The notes beneath the pieces were generated by a model that worked only from the letters and a program-made list of their open reading frames with translations, was not told where the DNA came from and made no database searches. The position numbers were made by a program, and so were the translations under genes. From Candidatus Krumholzibacteriota bacterium (GTDB taxonomy: Bacteria; Krumholzibacteriota; Krumholzibacteriia; JAJRXK01): a stretch of 64,000 bases of DNA. The stretch spans positions 586,029-650,028 of the forward strand of contig CAVXTH010000006.1 of NCBI GenBank assembly GCA_963764625.1. Direction: 5' to 3'. Shown in pieces: positions 9,030 to 19,019 of the stretch (position 1 is the first letter of the stretch; each line of letters starts with the position of its first letter).

Positions 9030-11503
9030 ACGACCGCTTCACCGAGAGAGTCCGCAAAGTCCTCTTTCTCGCCAGAGACGAGGCCGGACGGATGCAGCAC
9101 GACTACATCGGCACCGAGCACCTCCTCTTGGGAATCATCCGAGAAGGGGAGGGTATCGCGGCCCAGGCTCTCCAACGGCTCAACATCGGCTTCGATCAGA
9201 TCCAACAGGCAGTCGAGGACATCGTGACGGCGCAGAGTGGTACGCTCACGATCGGCGAGATCCCCTTCACCCCGCGAGCCAAGCGGGTTCTCGAACTCTC
9301 CATCGACGAAGCGCGCATGCACAATCACAACTACGTGGGCACCGAGCACTTGCTGTTGGCTCTCATCCGGGAAGGCGAAGGCGTGGCGGCGCGCGTGTTG
9401 AACGAACTCGGAGCTGACCACGACAAGGTCAAGAAGGAAGTGATGAAGCTTCTGGGTGGAACGGCAAAGGGCGGGACGGCCGCTGCGGGTACGCAGAAAA
9501 AGGAAACGCCGGTCCTGGATCAATTCGGCCGCAACCTGAGCCAGCACGCCCGCGAGGGGAAGCTCGATCCCACCATTGGCAGGGACAAGGAGATCGAGCG
9601 CGTCATTCAGATTCTCTCGCGCCGGAAGAAGAACAACCCGGTTCTGATCGGCGAACCCGGAGTGGGCAAGACGGCGATCGCCGAAGGGCTGGCCCAGACC
9701 ATCGTCGATGGACGAGCCCCCGAGCTCCTGAAAGACAAGGAGATCATCACGCTGGATCTGGCCAGCGTGGTTGCCGGCACCAAGTATCGCGGGCAATTCG
9801 AAGAACGGCTCAAGGCGATCATGAACGAGATTCACGAGAGCGACCACGTCATTCTCTTCATCGACGAGCTGCACACCATCGTCGGTGCCGGTGGGGCGGA
9901 GGGCGCCATCGACGCTTCGAACATGTTCAAGCCATCCTTGGCTCGCGGTGAGATCCAGTGCATCGGCGCCACCACTCTGGACGAATACCGAAAGTTCATC
10001 GAGAAGGACGGCGCTCTGGAGCGGCGATTCCAGTCGATCATGGTGAATCCTCCCAGCGAGGATGAGACCGTCGCGATCATTTTCGGATTACGGGACAAGT
10101 ACGAGCAGCACCATCAGGTCCACTTCACCGACGAGGCGATCCGCACCGCGGTGTACCTGAGTGTGCGCTACATCGCGAATCGGAGTCTGCCCGATAAGGC
10201 CATCGACGTGATCGACGAGGCCGGCAGCCGCGCCCGACTGGCCGCCTCCGCCGTGCCGGGTGATCTGCGCGAGCTGGAGAAGCGCATCGAGGAGCTCTCG
10301 GAAAAGAAGGAAGCCGCCATTCTGGGGCAGGAGTTCGAAAAGGCCGCCGGCTTCCGCGACGAGGAGAAGGAGCTCAGGATCCAGCTCGGCAAGCAGAGAA
10401 AGACCTGGTCGGAGCAGCGCAACGAGGTCAGGACCGAGGTGAGCGCGAAAGACATCAGCCGGGTCATCGCCGACATGACGGGCATTCCGGTGACCGAGGT
10501 CGAGGAGGAGGAGACCGAGAAGCTGCTCCGCATGGAAGACAGCCTCAGGGAGACGATCATCGGCCAGGAGGAAGCGATCTCGGCAGTCAGCAAGGCGATC
10601 CGCCGCAACCGCGCCGGTCTGCGCGATCCGCGACGGCCGATCGGTTCCTTCGTCTTCTTGGGACCCACCGGGGTGGGAAAGACGGAAGTGGCCCGCCAGC
10701 TCACCAAGTTCCTCTTCGACGATTTGAAGAACATGATCCGGATCGACATGTCGGAGTACATGGAACGGTTCTCGATCTCCCGACTCGTGGGTGCCCCTCC
10801 GGGCTACGTGGGATATGACGAGGGGGGAATCCTCACCGAGAAGGTGCGGCGGCAGCCCTACTCCGTCGTCCTTCTGGACGAGATCGAGAAAGCTCACCCC
10901 GACGTATTCAACTTGCTCTTGCAAGTGCTCGAGGACGGTATCCTCACCGATTCCTTCGGCCGCAACGTCGACTTTAAGAACACGGTTCTCATCATGACGA
11001 GCAACGTGGGAAGTCGGCGAGAGGCTCTGCGCAAGAGCGTGGGTTTCGGAGCTCCGGGCAAGGGCGGAGACGAGAAGGCCATGCGGGCCAACGTCACCGA
11101 GGATCTGAGGAAGACCTTCAGCCCCGAATTCCTGAATCGCATCGACGAGGCCATCATCTTCCACCCGCTGGACCGCACTCACATGACCAGCATCCTGGAA
11201 ATCCTGCTGCGCGAGATGGAGACCCGGATGGAGAGCCTGGACATCAGCCTGAACTACTCCCAGGAGGCCAAGGAGTTCTTGGTCTCCATCGGATTCGACC
11301 CCGAACTCGGCGCTCGGCCTCTGCGGCGCGCACTGCAGAGGTACGTCGAGGATCCCCTGAGCGAGCAACTTTTACGCGGCAACATTCGCAGCGGCAACAA
11401 GGTCGACGTCCGAGTGGTCGATGGAAATCTGCGCTTCGAAGTCGTGACGGACGACCCGAAAGGGAAACCCTCGGAGGCAGAGCCAGCCGGCAATGCCTCC
11501 TGA
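9026..11503 (+). CDS. clpC: ATP-dependent Clp protease ATP-binding subunit ClpC
   Basis: Two Clp_N repeats ([17 protein letters not shown] / [17 protein letters not shown]), two AAA+ modules (GEPGVGKTA; GPTGVGKTE), UVR linker; 825 aa. Confidence 0.9.
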   Translation: MNDRFTERVRKVLFLARDEAGRMQHDYIGTEHLLLGIIREGEGIAAQALQRLNIGFDQIQQAVEDIVTAQSGTLTIGEIPFTPRAKRVLELSIDEARMHNHNYVGTEHLLLALIREGEGVAARVLNELGADHDKVKKEVMKLLGGTAKGGTAAAGTQKKETPVLDQFGRNLSQHAREGKLDPTIGRDKEIERVIQILSRRKKNNPVLIGEPGVGKTAIAEGLAQTIVDGRAPELLKDKEIITLDLASVVAGTKYRGQFEERLKAIMNEIHESDHVILFIDELHTIVGAGGAEGAIDASNMFKPSLARGEIQCIGATTLDEYRKFIEKDGALERRFQSIMVNPPSEDETVAIIFGLRDKYEQHHQVHFTDEAIRTAVYLSVRYIANRSLPDKAIDVIDEAGSRARLAASAVPGDLRELEKRIEELSEKKEAAILGQEFEKAAGFRDEEKELRIQLGKQRKTWSEQRNEVRTEVSAKDISRVIADMTGIPVTEVEEEETEKLLRMEDSLRETIIGQEEAISAVSKAIRRNRAGLRDPRRPIGSFVFLGPTGVGKTEVARQLTKFLFDDLKNMIRIDMSEYMERFSISRLVGAPPGYVGYDEGGILTEKVRRQPYSVVLLDEIEKAHPDVFNLLLQVLEDGILTDSFGRNVDFKNTVLIMTSNVGSRREALRKSVGFGAPGKGGDEKAMRANVTEDLRKTFSPEFLNRIDEAIIFHPLDRTHMTSILEILLREMETRMESLDISLNYSQEAKEFLVSIGFDPELGARPLRRALQRYVEDPLSEQLLRGNIRSGNKVDVRVVDGNLRFEVVTDDPKGKPSEAEPAGNAS

Positions 11504-11516
11504 GCCGGGGCGAGAG

Positions 11517-11553
11517 AAGGGGCGGGTTCCAGAGGATCCGCCCCTTTGGGTTC
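11517..11553 (+). terminator. rho-independent terminator after clpC (GGGGCGG stem, 12-nt loop, CCGCCCC, then TTTGGGTT)
   Basis: GC-rich inverted repeat followed by a T-rich tract 14 nt past the clpC stop. Confidence 0.55.
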
Positions 11554-11698
11554 CCGTAGGTTGACCGCGGAGAGCCCTGCGTTTACCTTCCCCTCTCGTT
11601 TGAGGGCGGCCGAGGTGGGAACCCTTCCTTCCGCCTGACGTACACCATTCTAGGCGAACCGCGCGTTTAGTCTTGAACCCTACTTCTCCAAGAAGCGT

Positions 11699-14011
11699 AT
11701 GATCGAAACCCCGGTTTTGCGTGCTCGGGCCTGGGTCCTTCCCTTGGCAGTTGCGGCAATCATGGCGTTGTCGGCCTCTCCGGCCGTGGCGACCAAGCTC
11801 GTGCGCGTCCGAGTGGTGGGAATTTCCACCGTCACCGCGGATCAGGTCATCGCCTGGAGCGGACTCGAGGTGGGCAAGGATATCTCCAAGGAGGGTGTCT
11901 CCGCCGCGGTGAGGAAGCTGGCGGCGCTGGGGAAGTTCAGCGAGGTCTTCGCCTACAAGACGGACGTCAAGACCGGGATGGAACTCATCCTGAATCTGTC
12001 CGAGTACCCCCGCCTGGCCGGAATCGAATTTGCGGGAGCCAAGGAGCTCAAGCCCAAGGACCTCAAGGAGGAGGTCGAGCTGCGGGTGGGAGACTTCCTC
12101 ACCCCCGGGGCGGTGACTCGCGCGAAACTGAAGATCAAAGAGAAGTATCAGTCCGAAGGCTATTACAGCGCCACCGTCAACACCGATTCGACGGCCTACT
12201 CCGCCGGAGGTCGCCAGACCCTCGTGTTCAAGATCATCGAGGGCCAGAAGGTGAAGGTCCACTCGATCAACATCGAGGGCAACCTCCAGGTCAACTCCGA
12301 TGACTTGCGCAAGGGTTGGAAGACGAAAACGGACAACTGGATTCGTGGCGGGACCTTCAAGCGTCCCGAGTACGAGGAAGATCTACAGAAGCTGGTAGAC
12401 AACTACCGCGACAAGGGCTTCCTCGACGCCCAGGTCCTGAATGAGCGCAAAGAATTCCTCGAGGACGGAAAGAAACTCGACATCTACATCAATGTGAGCG
12501 AGGGCCCCCGTTACGATGTGGGGAATCTCACCTGGGAGGGGAACACCGTCTTTCCCGACGACCGCATCGCCCAGGAGTTGAAGCTACACAAGGGCGCCGT
12601 CTTCAGTGAGTCCGTATTTCAAGAAACGGTGCAGGATCTCAACAGTCTCTACTGGGAAGCCGGGTACATCTACATCACGGTGGAGCCGACACGCGATATC
12701 GAGGGTCACACGGTCAACGTACACCTCAAATTCCGCGAGGGCCGGCCAGCGAGCGTTCACGACATCATCATCACGGGAAATACCAAGACGCACGAGATGG
12801 TGGTCCGCCGCGAACTGAGGATTCGCCCCGGCGATCTCTTCGTGAGCAGTCGGCTCCAGGACAGCCAGCGGCGCGTGTTTCAGTTGGGCTTCTTCGAGGA
12901 CGTGCAGGTCGATTTCAAGCCGGCGACTCCCGAGGGGGACATCGATCTCATCCTCAACGTGAAGGAAAAGCAGACCGGACAGTTCAGCATGGGCATGGGC
13001 TTCTCGCAGCAGAGCCGCGCCACCGGCTTCCTGCAGGTCGGGGAAACCAACCTGATGGGGCGTGGGAACGCCCTGCAGTTCTCCTGGCAGTTCGGATCGC
13101 GGGCAAGCTATCTCAATCTGAGCTATACCATGCCCTGGTTCCGGGGCACTCCGACTCTCCTGGGGATCGATGCCTACAATCGCTTCAGCAACCAGGTGAA
13201 CGACTACTACGATACCCGGGTGAAAGGCGGCGCCATCCGCCTGGGTAGGCCGATTCCCGGCACGCGCTTCAGCCGAGCCAGCCTTCGCTACAGCTATTCC
13301 TGGACCACTCTGAGCAACTTCGATCCCGCCTACGTGAGGACCCTGGATCAACTGGAGAGGCAGCAGGGGCAGACGGACCTCCAGCGCCTGGACAAGACCG
13401 ATTGGCCCGAGAGGCGGAGCACGGTGACCCTCTCGCTCTCGCGGAACAGCACCGACAGCCCGTTCTTTCCCACCAACGGGAGCAGCGCGGTCTTCCGTTA
13501 CGAGCTGAACGGCGGTCCTCTGGGGGGCGATCTGGATTTCCACCGTATCGAGGCCAATTACGACTTCTACCAGGCGCTGCCCTGGAAATTCGTGTTCCAC
13601 GTGGGTAACGTCGCCGGATGGCTGAGGGCGTTCGGGAAAACCTCCCAGGTTCCCGACTACGAGAAGTTTCGACTGGGAGGCAACCGCCTCTACGCGCTCC
13701 GTGGATACCGGGATCTGGAGGTCGTGCCGCGCGGCAATCTCAGTTTCGTCGGTGGGGAATTCTTCACCACTCTCACCACCGAGGTGCTCTACCCGGTCAC
13801 GAAGGCGGTCCAGCTGGTGGGCTTCGTAGATCAGGGGGACACCTGGAATTCCTTCTCGGAGGCCGATCTCACCAATTTGCGCAAAGGCGCCGGATTCGGA
13901 GTGCGCCTGGAGGTTCCGCTGGTGGGGAGGGTCGGTCTTGATTACGGTTACGGCTTCAACAAGGCGAATCCATCGTGGGAAACGCACTTCAACTTCGGAG
14001 CTTTCTTTTAG
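11699..14011 (+). CDS. bamA: outer membrane protein assembly factor BamA
   Basis: 770 aa; signal peptide; POTRA repeats; Omp85 beta-barrel; aromatic C-terminus NFGAFF; followed by skp-lpxD. Confidence 0.9.
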   Translation: MIETPVLRARAWVLPLAVAAIMALSASPAVATKLVRVRVVGISTVTADQVIAWSGLEVGKDISKEGVSAAVRKLAALGKFSEVFAYKTDVKTGMELILNLSEYPRLAGIEFAGAKELKPKDLKEEVELRVGDFLTPGAVTRAKLKIKEKYQSEGYYSATVNTDSTAYSAGGRQTLVFKIIEGQKVKVHSINIEGNLQVNSDDLRKGWKTKTDNWIRGGTFKRPEYEEDLQKLVDNYRDKGFLDAQVLNERKEFLEDGKKLDIYINVSEGPRYDVGNLTWEGNTVFPDDRIAQELKLHKGAVFSESVFQETVQDLNSLYWEAGYIYITVEPTRDIEGHTVNVHLKFREGRPASVHDIIITGNTKTHEMVVRRELRIRPGDLFVSSRLQDSQRRVFQLGFFEDVQVDFKPATPEGDIDLILNVKEKQTGQFSMGMGFSQQSRATGFLQVGETNLMGRGNALQFSWQFGSRASYLNLSYTMPWFRGTPTLLGIDAYNRFSNQVNDYYDTRVKGGAIRLGRPIPGTRFSRASLRYSYSWTTLSNFDPAYVRTLDQLERQQGQTDLQRLDKTDWPERRSTVTLSLSRNSTDSPFFPTNGSSAVFRYELNGGPLGGDLDFHRIEANYDFYQALPWKFVFHVGNVAGWLRAFGKTSQVPDYEKFRLGGNRLYALRGYRDLEVVPRGNLSFVGGEFFTTLTTEVLYPVTKAVQLVGFVDQGDTWNSFSEADLTNLRKGAGFGVRLEVPLVGRVGLDYGYGFNKANPSWETHFNFGAFF

Positions 14012-14037
14012 CTTCTGCAGACGAGGAGAGTCGAGGC

Positions 14038-14589
14038 ATGAGACTCACGTATCGAATCAGCACTTTCTTGCTGCTCACGGCCCTTTCGGTTCTCGCGTTC
14101 TCGGGTCCCGCTCGAGCCGCTGAGAAGAACCTGAAGATCGGCACCATCGACAGTCAGCGAATCTTCAGGGAATACCAAGAGGCCAAGGACGCGGAGGCGG
14201 TGTTTCAGGACGAAATGAAACAGTGGCAGTCCGACCTCGAGGGCATGGAACGCGAGATCCTCTCTCTCCGCGAGAAGATCCGCTCGCAGCAGTTGCTCCT
14301 GTCCCAGGACAAACTGGATGAGCTTCAGAGCCAGCTGGAGCAGAAGAGCCAGGCCTATGATCAGAAGCGGAGCGAGATTCTCGATCCCACCAACGGTCTG
14401 GCGGTGAAGCGAAACCAGGAGCTCAGCCAGCCCATCAACGACCAGATCACCACGGTGGTGGAGCGCCTGGGCGCCGAGGGCGGCTACGATCTCATTCTGG
14501 ATACGTCGACCGTCAATATCGTCTATCAAAACAAGGACTTGGATCTAACGGACAAGGTATTACAGGAACTGGAACAGTCGGGAAAGTAG
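14038..14589 (+). CDS. skp: periplasmic chaperone Skp/OmpH
   Basis: Signal peptide MRLTYRISTFLLLTALSVLAFSGPARA; coiled-coil OmpH-like body; RBS GAGGAG; bamA-skp-lpxD synteny. Confidence 0.8.
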   Translation: MRLTYRISTFLLLTALSVLAFSGPARAAEKNLKIGTIDSQRIFREYQEAKDAEAVFQDEMKQWQSDLEGMEREILSLREKIRSQQLLLSQDKLDELQSQLEQKSQAYDQKRSEILDPTNGLAVKRNQELSQPINDQITTVVERLGAEGGYDLILDTSTVNIVYQNKDLDLTDKVLQELEQSGK

Positions 14590-14654
14590 CCCCCGGGCAT
14601 TGGGATTTGACAATGTGGAGGCGAGCTGCCAGCATGAATCGGCGTCATACGCGA

Positions 14655-14680
14655 AAAGGGGCCGCCGCGGCCCCTTCGAC
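14655..14680 (+). terminator. possible weak terminator after skp (GGGGCCGC-C-GCGGCCCC palindrome)
   Basis: Perfect 8-bp GC stem; weak T tract (TTCGAC). Confidence 0.3.
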
Positions 14681-14722
14681 GTATGGTAGGGAGACGCCCA
14701 TCCCCGTGAGGAGGCCGTAGAG

Positions 14723-15778
14723 TTGGATTCGATCGGGCTACGAGAGTTGGCGGAGCGCATCGGCGGACGTCTGGAAGGCGGCGGTAACCCGCTCATCCGG
14801 GGGGTTGCCGGAATCCGCGAGGCGCAGGCGGGGGAAATCACCTTTCTCGCGCACGCTCGCTATCTCAACTATCTGGAAGACACGCGAGCTTCGGCCCTGA
14901 TTTGCAAACCCGACCTCAAGAGTACGCTGCCGACCATCCGCATGGACGATCCTCACCTGGGCTTTCTGAGAGCGATCGAGTTGTTCTGCGAGCCCAAACA
15001 GGACTACTTCGCCGAGGGTGTCGATCCCAGCGCACAGGTGCATCCGAGCGCGCGTTTGGGCGAGGGGGTGCGGGTCGGCCCCGGTGCGATCATCGGAGAG
15101 AATTGCGAGATCGGCGAGCACTCCATCGTCGGCCCCGGCGCAGTCGTGATGCCCAAAGTGAAGATCGGCGAGCGTTGCCTCCTCTACCCTAACGTGGTAG
15201 TCCGCGAAGAGTGTCAAATCGGAGACCGGGTCATTCTTCACGCGGGCGCGATCATCGGAAGCGACGGCTTCGGCTTTGCCAAGCAGGCCGGCGCCTATCA
15301 CAAGGTTCCCCAAATCGGCCGCGTCATCATCGAAGACGACGTCGAGATCGGAGCCAATAGCTGCGTCGATCGCGCGACCGTGGGACGCACCGTCATCGGC
15401 ACCGGCACCAAGATCGACAATCTGGTGCAGATCGCGCACAACGTGACGATCGGCCAGCACACCGTGATCTCCGCCCAGACGGGAATCTCGGGATCCACGA
15501 ACGTCGGCGACGACGTCATGATGGCGGGACAGGTGGGAGTGGTGGGGCATATCAGCATCGGGAACGACGCGAGGATCGGAGCCCAGAGCGGGATCTCCAA
15601 GGACATCCCCGCGGGAGAGCAGTGGTTTGGCTATCCCGCGCGCAATTCCCGCGAAGCCCGAAGACTCCTGGTTCACTACAATCGCCTGGAGCGTTACGCG
15701 GAAGAGATCAGCGATTTGAGGCGGCGTATCCAAGAGCTGGAGAAGTCTAAGAGTGCTGCGTCAACAACGAACTCTTAA
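14723..15778 (+). CDS. lpxD: UDP-3-O-acylglucosamine N-acyltransferase
   Basis: Left-handed beta-helix hexapeptide repeats; N-terminal LpxD domain; TTG start with GAGGAGG RBS. Confidence 0.85.
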   Translation: MDSIGLRELAERIGGRLEGGGNPLIRGVAGIREAQAGEITFLAHARYLNYLEDTRASALICKPDLKSTLPTIRMDDPHLGFLRAIELFCEPKQDYFAEGVDPSAQVHPSARLGEGVRVGPGAIIGENCEIGEHSIVGPGAVVMPKVKIGERCLLYPNVVVREECQIGDRVILHAGAIIGSDGFGFAKQAGAYHKVPQIGRVIIEDDVEIGANSCVDRATVGRTVIGTGTKIDNLVQIAHNVTIGQHTVISAQTGISGSTNVGDDVMMAGQVGVVGHISIGNDARIGAQSGISKDIPAGEQWFGYPARNSREARRLLVHYNRLERYAEEISDLRRRIQELEKSKSAASTTNS

Positions 15779-17066
15779 AGCTCCCGTAGAATTCAAGGGA
15801 ATCGGGCTCCATACCGGAGAGCGAGCCAGCGTCCGATTCCTTCCCGCCGAGCCCAACCAAGGCCTGCAATTCAAAGTGCGGAGGGGCGAGGAGTGGGTGG
15901 TGATCCCCGCCAGCGTCGATTCCATTCCCGACGATCAGCCTTTCCAGCGCAACACCACCCTCCGCAGTGGGGGAGTGGAGATCCACACCGTCGAACACGT
16001 TCTGGCCTCGCTCTACGGCCTTCGCATCGATAACGCGTGGATCGAACTGGACGCCACCGAGCCGCCCGAACCCGAGGAGGGATCCTGCCGCGCGTTCGTG
16101 GACAAGCTTCTCGCCGCCGGCATCGTGGATCAGGGCGTGCCAGTGGTCTATTACGAAGTCAAGCGCCCGGTGCAATGGAGTCAGGGTCAGATCGGAATCA
16201 CCGCCATTCCCTACGATGGCTTCCGTCTCAGTTTCACCATTCAGTACGACAATCAGGTCATCGGTACCCAGTACGGGAGCTATGCCATCACTCCCGACTC
16301 CTTCGCCAAGGAGATCGCGCCCAGTCGCACCTTTGCGCTCAAGCGGGAGATCGACCACCTGCAGGCCATGGGACTCATCAAGGGGGGCACCTACCGGAAC
16401 GCCCTGGTGGTCGACGAAGACCGGGTGCTGAACGAGGAAGGCCTCCGATTTCCCGACGAATTCGTCCGGCACAAGATCCTGGATCTGCTGGGAGACCTGG
16501 CTCTTTTGGGGATGCCCATCAAGGGTCACGTGATCAGCCTCAAGAGCGGCCACGAGACGAATGTCAGATTCGTAAGGCGTCTGGCGGCGATGGAAAAGCG
16601 CCGGATGGGCATCTATCCGGCCAAGAAGCCGACCTACTGGGACATCAGTGCCCTCATGGAGTTCTTGCCCCATCGCTATCCATTCTTGCTCATCGATCGC
16701 GTGCTGGAAGTGGAGCCGGGCAAACGCGCCAGGGGCCTGAAGAACGTTACCATCAACGAGCCGTTCTTCCGCGGTCATTTTCCCGGACACCCCATCATGC
16801 CCGGCGTGTTGATCGTGGAGTCGATGGCGCAGTTGGGAGGTGTCCTGCTGCTCAGCATGATCGAGCAGCCAGAGACCAAACTCGTGTATTTCTCCTCGAT
16901 CGACAAAGCTCGATTCCGCAAGCCAGTCTTGCCCGGCGATCAGCTGGTCATCGATCTCAAGCTCGTTCGCTTCCGACGCAATACCTGTAAGATGGAGGCA
17001 TTTGCTACCGTGGATGGCGAACGGGTGGCTGAGGCGGAGATGTTGGCGGCGATCGTGAACCGCTAG
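15753..17066 (+). CDS. lpxC: bifunctional UDP-3-O-acyl-GlcNAc deacetylase / 3-hydroxyacyl-ACP dehydratase (LpxC-FabZ fusion)
   Basis: N-terminal LpxC (KGIGLHTGERASVRF, HTVEHVLASL); C-terminal FabZ hot-dog fold (FFRGHFPGHPIMPGVLIVESMAQ); 437 aa. Confidence 0.85.
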   Translation: MLRQQRTLKAPVEFKGIGLHTGERASVRFLPAEPNQGLQFKVRRGEEWVVIPASVDSIPDDQPFQRNTTLRSGGVEIHTVEHVLASLYGLRIDNAWIELDATEPPEPEEGSCRAFVDKLLAAGIVDQGVPVVYYEVKRPVQWSQGQIGITAIPYDGFRLSFTIQYDNQVIGTQYGSYAITPDSFAKEIAPSRTFALKREIDHLQAMGLIKGGTYRNALVVDEDRVLNEEGLRFPDEFVRHKILDLLGDLALLGMPIKGHVISLKSGHETNVRFVRRLAAMEKRRMGIYPAKKPTYWDISALMEFLPHRYPFLLIDRVLEVEPGKRARGLKNVTINEPFFRGHFPGHPIMPGVLIVESMAQLGGVLLLSMIEQPETKLVYFSSIDKARFRKPVLPGDQLVIDLKLVRFRRNTCKMEAFATVDGERVAEAEMLAAIVNR

Positions 17067-17076
17067 AGGATCAGTC

Positions 17077-17874
17077 ATGCGCACCGACAAGATGAGCGAA
17101 TCCGGAGCCCTTCTCCATCCCACGGCGATCATCGATCGCAGAGCGGAACTCGCATCCGACGTACGGGTCGGGCCGTACACGATCATCGGCCCCCATGTTC
17201 GGATCGACGAAGGCACAGAAATCAAGGGACACGTCGTTCTCGAGGGCAACCTCCACGTCGGGAAGCGCAATCGAATCTTCACCGGGGCCGTACTCGGGAC
17301 ACCTCCCCAAGATCTGAAATACCGCGGCGAGGTCTGTTCCGCGATCATCGGTAACGACACGACCATTCGCGAATACGTCAGTTTGAACGTGGCCACGACC
17401 CCCGACGGAATGACCAGGGTCGGTGACCACTGCCTCCTCATGACCTACGCCCACATCGCGCACAATTGCACCATTGGAAACCACGTCATCATTGCCAACG
17501 CGACACAGCTCGGGGGCCACGTGCACATCGCCGACTGGGCCATCGTGGGGGGAGTCGTCGGGGTGCATCAGTTCTCGGTCGTGGGAGCCCATGCCTTCGT
17601 GGGGGGGGCGAGTCGCCTGGTGGTGGACGTCCCGCCTTTCGTTCGGGCGGCCGGGAGCCCCGTTAGGGCCGGCGGAATCAACTCGATGGGTCTTCGCCGG
17701 CGCGACTTCAGTGAAGAGCGTATTGCCGTGATCAAGGAACTCTACCGTACCCTGTACCGTCGTGGTCTTCCGATCGAAGAAGCGAAGAAGAGAATTCGAG
17801 AGTGCGGAGACGAGTTCGTCGCCCAGGCATTCGAAGATTTCTTCTCCCGCAGTCACCGCGGTATCTGCCGCTGA
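17077..17874 (+). CDS. lpxA: acyl-ACP--UDP-N-acetylglucosamine O-acyltransferase
   Basis: Hexapeptide repeats; 265 aa; lpxD-fabZ-lpxA-lpxB order. Confidence 0.85.
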   Translation: MRTDKMSESGALLHPTAIIDRRAELASDVRVGPYTIIGPHVRIDEGTEIKGHVVLEGNLHVGKRNRIFTGAVLGTPPQDLKYRGEVCSAIIGNDTTIREYVSLNVATTPDGMTRVGDHCLLMTYAHIAHNCTIGNHVIIANATQLGGHVHIADWAIVGGVVGVHQFSVVGAHAFVGGASRLVVDVPPFVRAAGSPVRAGGINSMGLRRRDFSEERIAVIKELYRTLYRRGLPIEEAKKRIRECGDEFVAQAFEDFFSRSHRGICR

Positions 17875-17885
17875 GTGATCCCACC

Positions 17886-19019
17886 ATGCGCGCAGGCGTA
17901 GGCACCTTACTCATTTCGTGCGGCGAACCCAGCGGTGAAAACTACGCCGTCGAACTCTCGCGCCAACTCGAGGCGGAGCGCCCCAATCTTCGCCTCGTCG
18001 GAATTGGCGGTCCGCGTCTCGCCCACGAAATCGAGGAAATCTGGGCGGGGCTCGAGGAACTCTCCGTCATGGGTTTCGCGGAAGTCCTGCGGCATCTCCC
18101 TCGCCTGCGGCGGCTCAGGGAACGCATCGCCGAGCGCGCGGCGCGCGAGAAGGTCGATCTGTTGGTCGCCGTCGATTACCCCGGATTTCATCTGAGTCTG
18201 GCCGGCGCGATGAAGAAGCGCGGCATCAAGACGCTGCACTACATTCCCCCCAAGACCTGGTCGTGGGGCGCCTGGCGGAATCGCGCGCTCCGCGCGAGCG
18301 TCCATCGCTGTGCCGTCATCTTCCCCTTCGAGGAGAAGTACTACCGCCAGCGGGGTATCGACGCGACTTTCGTCGGTCACCCTCTGCTCGACCAACACGC
18401 CGCCGCCTTGGCCGCCGAGTCTTCGGCCCGAGAGGGTCTGCTCTTGATCCCGGGCAGTCGGCCGCAGGAGATCCGCCGGATCGGGCCCAGCCTGGCGCAG
18501 GTCGCGCGGCAGCTCCAAGATGAGGGATTGGTGGGATCGGTGCGCGTCAGCCGGGCATCCGCTCTGGATCGCGAGCTTTTTGGCGGGATGCTCGAGATCT
18601 GCCCTCACATGGAGATCGTGGAAGGGCCCCTGATGGATCATCTCAAATCCGCGGCGGCGGCGATCGTGTGCAGCGGCACCGCGAGCGTGGAGACGGCGCT
18701 CTCGCGGACCCCGCACGCCATCGTCTATCGCACCTCGCGTCTCACCTATGCGGTGGCGCGGCAGCTGGCCACGGTTCAGGCCATCGGAATGTCGAACATC
18801 GTCCTGGGCCGCACCGCGTTTCCCGAATTCGTCCAGTCCGAGCTGCGTCCTCGGATCTTGGCCGAGACCATGCGTGAGCTCCTCGATGCGAATTCGCCGG
18901 CACGAGCGCGGCAGGAAAGCGCATTCAGCGAGCTCATCCAATGCCTGGGCAAGGGTGAAGGCGCGGCCATGAATGTGGCGCGGATGGCCCTGGAGATCCT
19001 CGACGAGACGCACTCGTGA
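17886..19019 (+). CDS. lpxB: lipid-A-disaccharide synthase
   Basis: N-terminus LLISCGEPSGENYA typical of LpxB; about 378 aa from the ATG at 17886. Confidence 0.85.
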   Translation: MRAGVGTLLISCGEPSGENYAVELSRQLEAERPNLRLVGIGGPRLAHEIEEIWAGLEELSVMGFAEVLRHLPRLRRLRERIAERAAREKVDLLVAVDYPGFHLSLAGAMKKRGIKTLHYIPPKTWSWGAWRNRALRASVHRCAVIFPFEEKYYRQRGIDATFVGHPLLDQHAAALAAESSAREGLLLIPGSRPQEIRRIGPSLAQVARQLQDEGLVGSVRVSRASALDRELFGGMLEICPHMEIVEGPLMDHLKSAAAAIVCSGTASVETALSRTPHAIVYRTSRLTYAVARQLATVQAIGMSNIVLGRTAFPEFVQSELRPRILAETMRELLDANSPARARQESAFSELIQCLGKGEGAAMNVARMALEILDETHS

